This document shows, in pieces, positions 40,862 through 51,594 of a DNA stretch of 64,000 nt. The position numbers and the translations under genes were made by a program. The stretch is from Candidatus Kapaibacterium sp. GTDB lineage: Bacteria > Bacteroidota > Ignavibacteria > Kapaibacteriales > UBA2268. The notes beneath the pieces were generated by a model that worked only from the letters and a program-made list of their open reading frames with translations, was not told the DNA's origin and did no database searches. Within the stretch, counting starts at the first letter, position 1. Every line of letters begins with the position of its first letter. The stretch is taken from NCBI GenBank assembly GCA_963665665.1, contig OY762428.1:1-64000 (forward strand), in the 5' to 3' direction.

Positions 40862-40886
40862 TATTTATTATCTTCCAATGCTCAAA

Positions 40887-42059
40887 TTAATTTATCCTTA
40901 CCGGCATTATAAGCATCAATAGTTTTTCTTCTGATTCTCCGGCTTTTACGATTACAGGTTTTTGCGGTTCCGAGAAGGATAATCTTATCAGTCCTTCTTG
41001 ATTCGGATCCACGTATCCGAGAGCTTCTTCAAGGAATTTATGGTTGAAGCCGATTTCTGTCGGTTCTCCAAGATATTCACAGGGAATTTGTTCGTCGCCG
41101 TCAGTTCCAATCTCTTCATCACGCCCGGTTATCAGAATCTGGTTTTCAACAAATTTTATTCTAATCTGTTTGGATATCTCATTAGCAAAAATTGAAACAC
41201 GCCTGATCGAATTGATTAGTTCATTTTTGTCAACAATGGCTGCAAATTTATCATCCTGAGGAATCACATTTTCGTAAGGGGGAAATCTTTCGTCAATAAT
41301 TCTTGTTACTATTACTGAATTTCCCGTTTCGAACCTTGTATGCGTTATTTTATCATGCGATTCAATCAGTGACATTGTAACATCATCATCAACTTTTTTC
41401 AGAAGGTCCACTGCCCTGGCCGGGAAAATCAGGTCCAGTTCGGCGGGATATACTGCATCAGGATTCTCAACAATTACTCTGGAAAGCCTGTAGCTGTCCG
41501 TTGCAGCTGCATAAATTCTGTCCGAGCGGAACTGAAACAGCACGCCTGTCATCGCCGGGCGAAACTCATCTTTTGAAACGGCAAATGAAGTTTTTCCGGC
41601 AAGCAGCGACATATCATCTGCTTTAATTAGTATTGCGGATTCCGTTTCCGCATCCAGACCCTGCTGGTAGTCAGGAGTACCAGGGTTAAAAAGTTCCGGA
41701 ATATCCAGGTATTCGTCAGGGTTCAGGCCTTTCATAGCATATTGACCGTTGGATGTAGTCATTTTAATCTCGAAAGTATCAGGATTAGAAGAAAATAACA
41801 GAGCACCCTTATTACCAAGTGCACGGATAATTTCACTGCTTCTTCTGCCCGGTACGAGTATCGCTCCTTCTTCTTCAGTTTCAACCTGAAGGGATGTCAT
41901 GATAGTAATATCTTGATCGGTTGCTATCACCCTTAGAACTCCCTGTTCAAGAGAAAAATGAAGGTGTTCGAGAATAGGCAATGTTGACTTTGGAGGAATC
42001 GCGGGAAGTGTTTTGTTCAATAATTCCTGAAAATCCTGTAAAGCTACTGTAAATTTCAT
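40887..42059 (-). CDS. dnaN: DNA polymerase III beta clamp
   Basis: TLPILE, ATDSYRL, FPPYENVIP, IGFN, LIMPVR. Confidence 0.96.
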   Translation of the reverse strand: MKFTVALQDFQELLNKTLPAIPPKSTLPILEHLHFSLEQGVLRVIATDQDITIMTSLQVETEEEGAILVPGRRSSEIIRALGNKGALLFSSNPDTFEIKMTTSNGQYAMKGLNPDEYLDIPELFNPGTPDYQQGLDAETESAILIKADDMSLLAGKTSFAVSKDEFRPAMTGVLFQFRSDRIYAAATDSYRLSRVIVENPDAVYPAELDLIFPARAVDLLKKVDDDVTMSLIESHDKITHTRFETGNSVIVTRIIDERFPPYENVIPQDDKFAAIVDKNELINSIRRVSIFANEISKQIRIKFVENQILITGRDEEIGTDGDEQIPCEYLGEPTEIGFNHKFLEEALGYVDPNQEGLIRLSFSEPQKPVIVKAGESEEKLLMLIMPVRIN

Positions 42060-42138
42060 AATTCAGGCCTGTTATTTATATTATTAACAATAATTTCAAT
42101 AAAATATATTATAAATAAAAGGTATTATTTATAACTTA

Positions 42139-42146
42139 CAAATTTA
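42139..42146 (-). promoter_or_regulatory. TAnnTTTG -7 promoter motif for dnaN operon
   Basis: TAAATTTG on minus strand about 80 nt upstream of dnaN. Confidence 0.45.
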
Positions 42147-42265
42147 CGAATTTTCGGGCGCTAATACAATAACAGCCTGCTTATGTGGAAAAAAAGATTA
42201 AACAGTTTTTAATGGATTATTTTCATTATTTTTGTAAATTTGGTTTTGACAATAAGGTAAGTATA

Positions 42266-42928
42266 ATGCTGACGAAATACGGTACGGAAAATATAATTGC
42301 AATGCTTGCCGGCGGAGTACTACTGCTGACAATCGGCTTTTTGATCTCAAAGAACTGGATATCTGTCATTTTCTGGATTCTTGGCGGGCTTTTGATTTTA
42401 TTTACTCTCTGGTTTTTTCGCGACCCGAATCGAAAAATTCCGAAAGAAGCTTTGGAAGACAACAGCTTAATTGTTTGCCCTGCCGACGGGAAAGTTGTTG
42501 AAATTGTTGAGGAACCTGAAAACGTGTATCTCAAGCAGGATTCCAAAAGAATAAGCATATTTCTTTCGCCTCTGGATGTTCACGTGAACAGGATACCAGC
42601 CAGCGGAAAAATAGAATATTTTGAATATATTCCGGGTAAGTACCTTGTGGCTTATCATCCAAAATCGAGCATTAAGAACGAACAGACCCATATAGGCCTT
42701 AGAAATGAACACGGCCAAATATTTTTTAAGCAAATTGTAGGTATTGTGGCACGAAGGCTGGCATGGGATATTAAAACCGGCGATTCCGTGAATGTCGGAG
42801 ATCGCTTCGGGATGATGAAGTTCGGATCCAGAATGGACGTGGCTTTACCAAAGAATTCAGAAATTTTTATAAAAAATGGCCAGACAGTTGTTGCAGGTGA
42901 AACAATTCTGGCAAAACTAAAACAATGA
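42266..42928 (+). CDS. psd: phosphatidylserine decarboxylase proenzyme
   Basis: FFRDP, PADG, SIFLSPLDVHVNR, FGSRMD (GS cleavage site). ATG at 42266. Confidence 0.93.
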   Translation: MLTKYGTENIIAMLAGGVLLLTIGFLISKNWISVIFWILGGLLILFTLWFFRDPNRKIPKEALEDNSLIVCPADGKVVEIVEEPENVYLKQDSKRISIFLSPLDVHVNRIPASGKIEYFEYIPGKYLVAYHPKSSIKNEQTHIGLRNEHGQIFFKQIVGIVARRLAWDIKTGDSVNVGDRFGMMKFGSRMDVALPKNSEIFIKNGQTVVAGETILAKLKQ

Positions 42929-43710
42929 AAATAGTAAAAAGAAGAGTAACAAGATCAATTGTTCCGAATATGTTCACACTCGTGAACCTGTTCGCCGGAT
43001 TCACTGCGATCATTTATATCGCAAAGGAAGAATATGTTACTGCTGCTCTTTTTATCCTTGTTGCATCAATTTTTGATATGCTTGACGGCGTAATGGCACG
43101 CCTTGTACGTGCTACAAGTGAATTCGGTGCAGAACTTGATTCTCTCTGCGATGCCGTTTCATTCGGTGTTGCCCCTGCATTTATGCTTTACAAATCTTAT
43201 TTCCATATCTATGATGATTTTGGGATATTCATGGCTTCTCTGCCTGCTTTGGCAGGTGTTGTCCGCCTGGCAAGATTCAACGTGAAGCTCAGCAGTTTCG
43301 ATGACAAATTATATTTCCACGGTTTACCGATACCCTCTTCAGCACTTACGCTCGTTTCATTTGTTATTTTCATTATCAAGCCGGGATTGATACCTGACGA
43401 ATACCTCGCTGCCTCCTATATTTCAGTAACTGTAGTGGCATCGCTCGCAATGGTTTCGAATATCAGGTTCGATAATCTACCCAGGCCGACAAAGAAATCA
43501 TTTATGCAGAGGCCTGTTGTTTCGATAATATTTTATATTGGCGTTATTGCCTGCGTTGTAACAAAAGGCGGCGCTATCTTCCCGTTCATGATGTTTTATA
43601 TAGTGGTAACATCAGTACGAGATCTGATAAACCGTATAAGGGCAATACGCGGGCCTGTGGACGATATAGACGAAACCGGCGAGGACGAACCCTCGGCCTT
43701 TGATATTTGA
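42925..43710 (+). CDS. pssA: CDP-diacylglycerol--serine O-phosphatidyltransferase
   Basis: PNMFT, D.LDG..AR, G.ELDSL.D.VSFG, RLARFN, F.GLP.P. Coupled to psd. Confidence 0.93.
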   Translation: MKIVKRRVTRSIVPNMFTLVNLFAGFTAIIYIAKEEYVTAALFILVASIFDMLDGVMARLVRATSEFGAELDSLCDAVSFGVAPAFMLYKSYFHIYDDFGIFMASLPALAGVVRLARFNVKLSSFDDKLYFHGLPIPSSALTLVSFVIFIIKPGLIPDEYLAASYISVTVVASLAMVSNIRFDNLPRPTKKSFMQRPVVSIIFYIGVIACVVTKGGAIFPFMMFYIVVTSVRDLINRIRAIRGPVDDIDETGEDEPSAFDI

Positions 43711-43785
43711 AAACTAATTTCGCTTGATAAATTATTTATTCGTAATTTTGTAAGTTAATTCATATTACTCAGAAAAGGTTTTTCA

Positions 43786-44034
43786 ATGGAAAAATTTAAA
43801 GCACAAATTGAAATTACTTTGAGGGAAGGTATCCTTGACGTTCAGGGAAAAGCAGTTAGAAATGCTCTCCATTCAATGGAATACCCCATGATAGACAATG
43901 TAAGGATCGGTAAATTTGTTACGCTTAGCGTTGATGCCGACAGCAGGGAAAAAGCGATGGAACTGGTTGACGAAGCTTGCAAGAAACTTATCGCCAATCC
44001 AATTATCGAAGATTACAAGATAGTATTAGAATAA
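43786..44034 (+). CDS. purS: FGAM synthase subunit PurS
   Basis: [23 protein letters not shown]. Confidence 0.95.
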   Translation: MEKFKAQIEITLREGILDVQGKAVRNALHSMEYPMIDNVRIGKFVTLSVDADSREKAMELVDEACKKLIANPIIEDYKIVLE

Positions 44035-44059
44035 TTTTATCAATAATCAGGACTTTTTC

Positions 44060-44752
44060 ATGAAGTACGGAGTAGTTGTTTTTCCCGGTTCAAATTGCGA
44101 TCATGATGCATTTTATGCAACTTCCGTTAATGCCGGTGAAAAAGCCGAATTTCTTTGGCACAAGGACAGGTCGATTCCTGATGATATAGATTGTATAATT
44201 CTTCCCGGTGGTTTCTCTTATGGCGATTACCTGCGTTGCGGCGCTATTTCCAGATTTTCACCGATTATGAAAGAAGTTGTTAGTTTTGCCGGAAAAGGCA
44301 AGCCTGTTATCGGAATTTGTAACGGATTCCAGATCCTTACGGAATCAGGGCTTCTTCCGGGAACTTTACTTAGGAATAACTCACTCAATTTTATTTGTAA
44401 GGATATTTACCTTAAAACATTGAATAATTCCACAACATTTACGTCGCTAATATCCGAAGGCGGAGTTCTGAGAATTCCTATTGCACACGGTGAAGGTAAC
44501 TACTTTGCGGAACCGGATGTAATAAAAGAACTGGAAGATAACAACAGGGTTGCCTTCAGATACTGCGATAGCGAAGGAAATGTGGTTGAAAGCGCAAATC
44601 CAAACGGTTCAATCAATAATATCGCCGGTATCCTGAACGAAACAGGGAATGTTCTTGGAATGATGCCCCACCCCGAAAGATATTCCGACAAAGCTGTCGG
44701 ATGCGATGACGGGCTGGTAATTTTTAAATCGATTGCTGAGAATTTTAAATAA
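44060..44752 (+). CDS. purQ: FGAM synthase glutaminase subunit PurQ
   Basis: [34 protein letters not shown]. Confidence 0.97.
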   Translation: MKYGVVVFPGSNCDHDAFYATSVNAGEKAEFLWHKDRSIPDDIDCIILPGGFSYGDYLRCGAISRFSPIMKEVVSFAGKGKPVIGICNGFQILTESGLLPGTLLRNNSLNFICKDIYLKTLNNSTTFTSLISEGGVLRIPIAHGEGNYFAEPDVIKELEDNNRVAFRYCDSEGNVVESANPNGSINNIAGILNETGNVLGMMPHPERYSDKAVGCDDGLVIFKSIAENFK

Positions 44753-44767
44753 TATTCGGAGAAGAAA

Positions 44768-44953
44768 ATGCCATTTAATCTTGGCTTTGGAGAAATACTC
44801 CTTATCGTTGCAGTTATTGCTCTTTTATTCGGCGGGAAAAAGATTCCCGAATTGATGAAGGGCCTTGGCTCCGGTATTAAGGAATTCAAGCAGGCTGCAA
44901 ACGAAGACGAAAACGATAAGAAGAAGATAGACGAGAAAAACGAAAAAGCTTAG
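44768..44953 (+). CDS. tatA: twin-arginine translocase TatA/E
   Basis: G..E..LI....[23 protein letters not shown]. Confidence 0.93.
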   Translation: MPFNLGFGEILLIVAVIALLFGGKKIPELMKGLGSGIKEFKQAANEDENDKKKIDEKNEKA

Positions 44954-44978
44954 TCTGATTCTTCCGGCATTTTTCAAA

Positions 44979-45015
44979 ACCCGGATTTATAACTCAATAT
45001 TTCCGGGTATTTTTT
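44979..45015 (+). terminator. possible terminator after tatA
   Basis: acccgga...tccgggt stem followed by a T run, with a long loop. Confidence 0.45.
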
Positions 45016-45051
45016 AAACAGCCATTTTGTAACAATTTTTAAATTAACTCC

Positions 45052-45594
45052 ATGTTTGACATCGGCGGACCAGAATTAATTGTTATAGTACTTGCTTTCA
45101 TCATTCTTTTCGGACCCAAGAAGCTGCCCGAAATGGTTCAGATGTTTACGAAAGGCATAAGGCAGTTCCGCCAGGCACAGGCTCAGGTAAAAAAACAATT
45201 CGATGACATTAGCGCAGATATGCAGCAGGCAGCCAACCTGGATTCCCTGCAGGAATTAAGAGATGAAATAAAGGAAATTGACCCGAGAAAGGCTGTTTCT
45301 TATAAATATCAGAAAGCTCAGGACCTTAGTATAAAAAACGTTCCCGATTCCGAGGAGGAATTCACCGAGTTACAAAAAACAAAACGAAACAGAGACACAG
45401 GTTTTAGCGTAAAGCCTCCTTCCGGAGAATCAATTGCCCGTGGAAATGATACTGCTGATATACCCCAGAAAAAATCCGCTTCGGAACAATCATCCAAAGA
45501 AAAAACATCGGAGCCGGAAGCCCCGAAAGAGAAAATCGAAGAGAAAAAAACTCCCGATTCAGAAGAAAATGACAACTCCAAAAAAGACATTTAG
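45052..45594 (+). CDS. tatB: TatB/TatA-family translocase subunit with long charged tail
   Basis: MFDIGGPELIVI...LFGPKKLPE. Confidence 0.78.
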   Translation: MFDIGGPELIVIVLAFIILFGPKKLPEMVQMFTKGIRQFRQAQAQVKKQFDDISADMQQAANLDSLQELRDEIKEIDPRKAVSYKYQKAQDLSIKNVPDSEEEFTELQKTKRNRDTGFSVKPPSGESIARGNDTADIPQKKSASEQSSKEKTSEPEAPKEKIEEKKTPDSEENDNSKKDI

Positions 45595-46954
45595 AGATTT
45601 ACAAAAACATTTCTTATCACGGCCGGAACTGATAATTGAACACTACCGGCAATACAAATCCAATATATCAAACACATTAAATAATAATATTTTCATTACA
45701 TTAAACGATTTACCTGAGAAAGAGTTCTTATCAGAAACCTTACTCAGATATAAAAATGAAACTATCCGGCAACTCGAAGGAATGATTGTTTCAGTGAAGG
45801 ATAATATCAATGTACGTGGAATGAAAATGACATGCGCCTCTGCCCTGCTTTCCGAACATCAATCTCTTTATGACGCGCAAATTATTGAGGCTCTGAAAAA
45901 TGCAGGAGCTTTGATTATCGGAAAAACTAACCTTGATGAATTTGCCATGGGCAGTTCAAATGAAACTTCCTATTTCGGCCCAACTTCGAATCCGTTAGAT
46001 TCAAGCTTAGTTCCGGGAGGTTCATCCGGAGGCGCGGCTGCAAGCGTTGCAGCAGGAACATGTGATATAGCAATAGGCTCGGATACTGGCGGTTCTGTGA
46101 GGCAGCCCGCGGCGTTTTGCGCTGTAACAGGCTTCAAACCCGGCTATGGCAAATTATCAAGATACGGGCTTACAGCGTTTGCTTCATCGCTGGATACAAT
46201 TGGAATTATCGGGAAAACTATTGATGATATTTCCCTTGCTTATGATGTGATGAAGGACACAAATTTCAAGGATCGAACCGCAAATAACGAGGCTGATATT
46301 TCGATTGGCCAGAAGCCTGTCATAGGATACATTGATATAAACAAGTACGAATTTGTTTCAAAGGAAGTGAAAAACGATTATATCAATGTAATTCAACATC
46401 TTAAAGTGAAAAATTACAAACTTGAGCGTATCGAGCTACCTTTTGAAAAATACCTTTTGCCGGTCTATTATATTATATCATCTGCAGAGGCAAGCTCTAA
46501 CCTTGCAAGGTATGATGGCATCAGGATAAAAAATTCAAATGGACAACCAGTAGATATTGAATCATTCAGATCAGCTAATTTTGGTGAGGAAGTAAAAAGG
46601 AGAATACTGAACGGAGTTTATATCCTTTCCGAGGGTTATTATGACAGATATTTTTCCAAAGCTGAATATATCAGGCAGAAGTTTACTTGTGAAATGGAAA
46701 AGTTGTTCCTTAATACAGATTATTTGATCCTGCCGACAACGCCAACCCTGCCATTTAAGATTGCTTCTGTGAAAGATCCGAAAGAAATGTACCGCTCGGA
46801 TTATTTCACCGTTCCAGCCAGCTTAGCCGGCCTGCCAGCTATAAGCATCCCCTGTTACAATAGTGGCAATAACATACCTGCATCAATTCAGATAATATCA
46901 TCCAAGAATACAGAATATTCTCTTCTTGACTTTGCCTGCAAATTAAAAAATTGA
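45569..46954 (+). CDS. gatA: Asp/Glu-tRNA amidotransferase subunit A (amidase)
   Basis: VKDNI, GKTNLDEFAMGSS, PGGSSGG, GSDTGGSVRQPA, EASSNLARYDG, FG.EVKRRI. Likely ATG at 45569. Confidence 0.9.
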   Translation: MTTPKKTFRDLQKHFLSRPELIIEHYRQYKSNISNTLNNNIFITLNDLPEKEFLSETLLRYKNETIRQLEGMIVSVKDNINVRGMKMTCASALLSEHQSLYDAQIIEALKNAGALIIGKTNLDEFAMGSSNETSYFGPTSNPLDSSLVPGGSSGGAAASVAAGTCDIAIGSDTGGSVRQPAAFCAVTGFKPGYGKLSRYGLTAFASSLDTIGIIGKTIDDISLAYDVMKDTNFKDRTANNEADISIGQKPVIGYIDINKYEFVSKEVKNDYINVIQHLKVKNYKLERIELPFEKYLLPVYYIISSAEASSNLARYDGIRIKNSNGQPVDIESFRSANFGEEVKRRILNGVYILSEGYYDRYFSKAEYIRQKFTCEMEKLFLNTDYLILPTTPTLPFKIASVKDPKEMYRSDYFTVPASLAGLPAISIPCYNSGNNIPASIQIISSKNTEYSLLDFACKLKN

Positions 46955-47051
46955 TTGATATAGAAGAAAACGTATGGTTTTTGATGTACACATAAAGTAG
47001 CCAAATGAGAAGATAATTATATGATGTTAGAAAATTTACGGACTATTTTAG

Positions 47052-48665
47052 TCAGTTTAAAACAATAAATTTATCACCGTCGAACCAGTAATCCTTAGTA
47101 TATACATTTACAGGATCAACTTTGATATATGCTTCGGCCCTTGGATAATACCCTCCTGTATTAATGATCTCGATTTTTGTTGAATCCCGGTAATCTGTCC
47201 ATTCCTCATCTTTGAATAAGGAAGTTGACTTGCCGCCCTGTAGTAAAAATCTAGAGCTATCAGCAGAAAACTTGTAGTAATTGTTGGAAATTTTCTTAAT
47301 ACTGATCTTTGTTTTCGGACTGCACTCAATCCTTAACGGCGAACGAATATCAATTGCCATATTGGAGGTAGCATATTGAAATGTTTGCTGTAATCCAATT
47401 TTCATTGCGTTAATTCTATCAAACTTATCCGGCACACAAAATATCCTGAGCATTGTTCTGTCCGGGTTTTTCATCTCTTTCATGTTGGAAACAACATCTG
47501 TAACTTTTTTACCAGCCGCAACCCACTTTTCCATTTGATCCATATTCTGCCCTGACAGTAACAGCAAAGTAAGTATAACCAAACTGCCATTAATAAAATA
47601 GCTTATTTGCTTAGATCTGAATTCAAGTACAGACGCGAATGCAATAAACAACCCGAAAGATGCAGCAAACATATACCAACGCATCAATAATGGTAAAGCA
47701 GGTATTATGAATATCCCAAACCACAACAAACCAAACCTGAAAAGATTTTTTCTCGGTTTAGAAATATTTTTAAGTTGTTTGAGAATTGAAAATATAAAAA
47801 TTGATGCAATAAGAGCTAATAAAAACATCAATAAATAATTATTAGCAATATAGTAAATATATTTCTCCAGGGTTTCAGGTGTAAAAAAGCTAAGTGGTAT
47901 ATATACCAGTAAATTATTGGCCATAGAAATTACTGATATGTTATTCAGATTATCGGACTCGAGCAAGCTGCCTCCGATAATAATTTGTCTTAAAACAATA
48001 ACCAATATGATCAACCCCATAGATAAGGCAGAATACCAGAAGGCATCTTTAAGTGCATAATTATTTCTTTTGATAACAGTTAATAGAATAAACGGAATGA
48101 AAAGCCCCATAAAGCTTAGCTCCTTGCTTAAAAGTGCGGCAAGGAAAGCAATAATTGACACAACTATGAATACAATAGATTTATTTTTTATATATTTTAC
48201 CAAAAATATTGTATGTAATATCAGAAATAATGCAGCCATTGTATCTCCGCGTACAGCTATCCAGCCAAGAAATAATTCATGAACCGGGGCTGCAAGGAAA
48301 ATAATGGAGACTGCAAAAGCTGCTAAATGATCGATACCGACTTCAAGCATTAAGTAACCTGCTGCAATAACAACAGATATGTAAACAATAAAATTAAATA
48401 AATGAAAATAAAATGCCTCGAAACCAAAGAAATATAATGTAAGTGAATGAGTAATATTTACAAGAGGCCTCCAGTAAAATCCAGATACATCAGTTTGCCA
48501 GAATGGCCTGAAGCAATCAATAAAATTTTCCGGATTGTGCCATCCCACTATCTGAAAGTCGTCATTCAAAAATGGAATATTGAGCGCACCAAACCAAATT
48601 ACAATTCCGGATAAAATCAATAAACCCGGAAAAGCAAATTTTAAAATTTTTTGTTCATTTAGCAT
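47052..48665 (-). CDS. polytopic membrane protein, GT-C/ArnT-like glycosyltransferase
   Basis: DDF in first loop, YWRPL, P.HE..W...R.D, ALLSKE, many TM helices. Confidence 0.7.
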   Translation of the reverse strand: MLNEQKILKFAFPGLLILSGIVIWFGALNIPFLNDDFQIVGWHNPENFIDCFRPFWQTDVSGFYWRPLVNITHSLTLYFFGFEAFYFHLFNFIVYISVVIAAGYLMLEVGIDHLAAFAVSIIFLAAPVHELFLGWIAVRGDTMAALFLILHTIFLVKYIKNKSIVFIVVSIIAFLAALLSKELSFMGLFIPFILLTVIKRNNYALKDAFWYSALSMGLIILVIVLRQIIIGGSLLESDNLNNISVISMANNLLVYIPLSFFTPETLEKYIYYIANNYLLMFLLALIASIFIFSILKQLKNISKPRKNLFRFGLLWFGIFIIPALPLLMRWYMFAASFGLFIAFASVLEFRSKQISYFINGSLVILTLLLLSGQNMDQMEKWVAAGKKVTDVVSNMKEMKNPDRTMLRIFCVPDKFDRINAMKIGLQQTFQYATSNMAIDIRSPLRIECSPKTKISIKKISNNYYKFSADSSRFLLQGGKSTSLFKDEEWTDYRDSTKIEIINTGGYYPRAEAYIKVDPVNVYTKDYWFDGDKFIVLN

Positions 48666-48666
48666 A

Positions 48667-50907
48667 TTACTTTCTGATAACAGCAATCTTTGCTACAGAA
48701 TCCTCATCGGTTGTTTCAGATGAAGCGAGAATTAAATAAACACCGCTTGATACCAGGTCTCCTCTTTCATCACGTCCGTCCCACACGGCTGTTCTTCCAT
48801 AAGCCCTGATATTTCTTATCAATTTGCCGCCAATTGTAACAATCCTGATATCTGTGTCAGCAGCAAGGCCTTCAATTATCAACTCGTCCTGTTTTCCCGG
48901 ATCATAAGGTTGCGGGTAGCATTTAATATCGTAAACAATATCAGGTTTAACGGACAAGCTTTTTGCGACACTAAGCCCGAATTTCGTTCCGAAGAAAATC
49001 CTTCCCGTATTCGGATCATGAGCAAGTGATAATACTTCATTACTTGATAAAGGTGAGTTTGAAACGGTGATATTGTCAACATAAATTCCTTCCTGATCAA
49101 ATATCCAAACACCATTGTTGGTCGCAATCCACTTATTATTTAAAGCATCAACCACAATATCATTGATTTTCTGACTGCTTAGGTCGCTGATCTCTTTTCT
49201 GATAACTGTTGTGGCCCCGGATATAACTGAAGAAGGATTGATCATAACAGACATTCCTGAAACGGTTCCAATCCAAAGCCATCCGTTTTTATCCACAGCA
49301 AGAGCAGATTGATCCATATCAAGAATATTTGAATTGTAAGTGGCAAACAACCCATACTTATCGTCATTAATATTACCCGGAGTATTGGTTTCATTGAAAT
49401 AATAAAGGCCCATGGCATTTGTAGAGCCAAGCCATTTAGTACCGTTAATATCAATTTCCAGTTGGCTGTAAAATCTTTTATTTACTCCAAGGTAATTATC
49501 ATATTCTTCCCAGTTGCCCTGGCTGTCAAGGCTCAGAAGTAAGGGGCCGCTTTCATCTCCACCGTAAACAACAAACCAGATAGTACCATACCTGTCAATA
49601 TCAGAGGCACCAATCACCGGGTAATTTCCTAAATCGGGAAAATCATTCTGGTCGATATAGTCAAAAATCCAGTTGCCGGAAGAATTTTCCAGAAGTAATA
49701 CACCATGCCCCCAACTTGAAACACTGATAATTCCATTGTCATGCGCCTTGATCTTGTAATAAGTTGTGATATTTTCAAGATCCGGATAATTTACCTTATC
49801 AAAATTAAACCATTTGTCATCTTCTAAATAATTGAACCCAAGTCCGCTGTTTTTCGTTCCGTCTGAGCATGTCCATAACCTGCCCTCTGAATCGACATCC
49901 ATACTAACAAATTGGTTGGCCGCCGGAGTTTGGGGAACTAAGTATCTGATTGTATCGCCCTGATACAATCCCAGGCCATTATCCCTGAAGTGCAGAAAAA
50001 CCATCAGATCATCATTTCTGTCAACAACCTGAATATCAGTAATAATATCGTCAAATTCAAGAGGTATCCCTCCCTGATCTAACTCCATAAAGTTCCATCC
50101 GGCAGTAAAATATAATTTATTTCCTCCGCCGCCCATACCGTATATTCTGTCTTCATAAGCAATTTGAAAAGTATCTGATTCCAATACGGATATTTTTTTT
50201 AAATCATGTATATATAATTTACCCTTAGCTACGTTCATGCCAAGCAGGTCATCAGGAACACCAACTTCAGGCCCATAATTATTCCAATTGTCAGGTCCAA
50301 AATTAGGTGCATCCAGGGAAATTGAAGCCAAACCGTTATTGGTCATTACCCACAAATCTCCCTGAAATACTTCCATGTAATAAATTTCAGTATTCGACGG
50401 AAAAGTACCGAATTTGAGAATGGTTTCAATGAAGCGGTCATTAACAGGATTAAATATCGCCAAACCAAAACCACCGGCAATAAATACTTTGTCATCAATT
50501 ATCTTAATATCATTGATGGTAGGGTTCGGAGTATCGTAATCTTTTATACTCAGATCATGGCTCCATTCATAATTTTCAGAAACAATTTCCAGGTATCCCT
50601 CGCCCGTACCGATAAATATTTTCTTCCTTGCAGTATCACAGGCTATGGCAGTAGTATTAAGGGTAAGCAGAGCATCAATATTTCTGAACTCGCGATATTC
50701 GTCGGTTTCAAAATTATAATTATAAACTCCGCCAGCCGTTACGGCCCAAAGCCTTCCCTGTGAATCGAAATCAATATCTCTTGATTCATACATGGAAGAA
50801 TGAGTTTCCCAATCGGTAAGCCTTACCTGAGCAGAAAGCCCGGAGGAAAATAATAATACAAAATCGATCAATAAAAGAAAACTTAATGTTCTGTTTGTGC
50901 CAGACAT
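48667..50907 (-). CDS. porZ: PorZ-like T9SS beta-propeller protein
   Basis: W.TH.S start, repeated D..G.KW.G/WIGT propeller blades, VDALNNKWIAT, C-terminal IKCYPQP...AVWDGRD..G..VSSGVYL. Confidence 0.8.
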   Translation of the reverse strand: MSGTNRTLSFLLLIDFVLLFSSGLSAQVRLTDWETHSSMYESRDIDFDSQGRLWAVTAGGVYNYNFETDEYREFRNIDALLTLNTTAIACDTARKKIFIGTGEGYLEIVSENYEWSHDLSIKDYDTPNPTINDIKIIDDKVFIAGGFGLAIFNPVNDRFIETILKFGTFPSNTEIYYMEVFQGDLWVMTNNGLASISLDAPNFGPDNWNNYGPEVGVPDDLLGMNVAKGKLYIHDLKKISVLESDTFQIAYEDRIYGMGGGGNKLYFTAGWNFMELDQGGIPLEFDDIITDIQVVDRNDDLMVFLHFRDNGLGLYQGDTIRYLVPQTPAANQFVSMDVDSEGRLWTCSDGTKNSGLGFNYLEDDKWFNFDKVNYPDLENITTYYKIKAHDNGIISVSSWGHGVLLLENSSGNWIFDYIDQNDFPDLGNYPVIGASDIDRYGTIWFVVYGGDESGPLLLSLDSQGNWEEYDNYLGVNKRFYSQLEIDINGTKWLGSTNAMGLYYFNETNTPGNINDDKYGLFATYNSNILDMDQSALAVDKNGWLWIGTVSGMSVMINPSSVISGATTVIRKEISDLSSQKINDIVVDALNNKWIATNNGVWIFDQEGIYVDNITVSNSPLSSNEVLSLAHDPNTGRIFFGTKFGLSVAKSLSVKPDIVYDIKCYPQPYDPGKQDELIIEGLAADTDIRIVTIGGKLIRNIRAYGRTAVWDGRDERGDLVSSGVYLILASSETTDEDSVAKIAVIRK

Positions 50908-50966
50908 AATAATTCCCGTTTCGTGTGCAACAAATTTTAAAACGGTACTTAATTAACCATAATCCT

Positions 50967-51434
50967 CTATTTCAATGCTGATAATAATGATACCATTTCA
51001 ATAGCGGAAGTTGCAGCTTCAAATCCTTTGTTACCTGCTTTCGAGCCTGAACGTTCAATAGCCTGTTCGATAGTATCGGTTGTAAGAACACCGAAAATAC
51101 AGGGAACGCCTGTTTCAAGTGATACATTTGCTATCCCTTTGGAAACTTCGTTGGAAATATAATCGAAATGCGGAGTAGAACCTCTGATAACTGCTCCAAG
51201 TGCAACAACAGCATCGTACTTGCCTGATTCGGCGAATTTTTTTACAACAAGAGGTATTTCATAAGCCCCGGGACAATATGCTACGGTAATGCTTTTATCT
51301 TCAACATTATGCCTTCTGAAAGCGTCAAGAGAACCTTCAAGAAGCTTTCCGGCAACGAATTCATTCCATCTTGAAACAACTATTGCAAAAGATTTCCCCT
51401 GCGCCTCGTAAATACCTTCAATAACTTTCACCAT
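50967..51434 (-). CDS. ribH: 6,7-dimethyl-8-ribityllumazine synthase
   Basis: [42 protein letters not shown]. Confidence 0.97.
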   Translation of the reverse strand: MVKVIEGIYEAQGKSFAIVVSRWNEFVAGKLLEGSLDAFRRHNVEDKSITVAYCPGAYEIPLVVKKFAESGKYDAVVALGAVIRGSTPHFDYISNEVSKGIANVSLETGVPCIFGVLTTDTIEQAIERSGSKAGNKGFEAATSAIEMVSLLSALK

Positions 51435-51594
51435 TTTTTACCTCTTTTAAATAGAATTTGCCATATCTCAAACCTGCAAGGTATATTTTTGAGATTAAAC
51501 GGGCAAGAGATATTTTCATTTTTACCCTCCGGTAATTCATTTTTAACGATTTGTAACTTAAAATAGTTTGTTTTTTCCTTATTTCTAATTTATC

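Noticed and set aside
42060-42200. AT-rich gap upstream of dnaN as oriC
   Set aside because: Only one DnaA-box-like 9-mer seen (TTTTCCACA, minus strand, 42184-42192), the gap is short and dnaA is absent.
45434-45568. Basic N-terminal extension of GatA
   Set aside because: Shadow of the tatB tail; ATG 45569 is more plausible.
51435-51594. FMN riboswitch upstream of ribH
   Set aside because: No recognisable RFN consensus; the gap is short and AT-rich.
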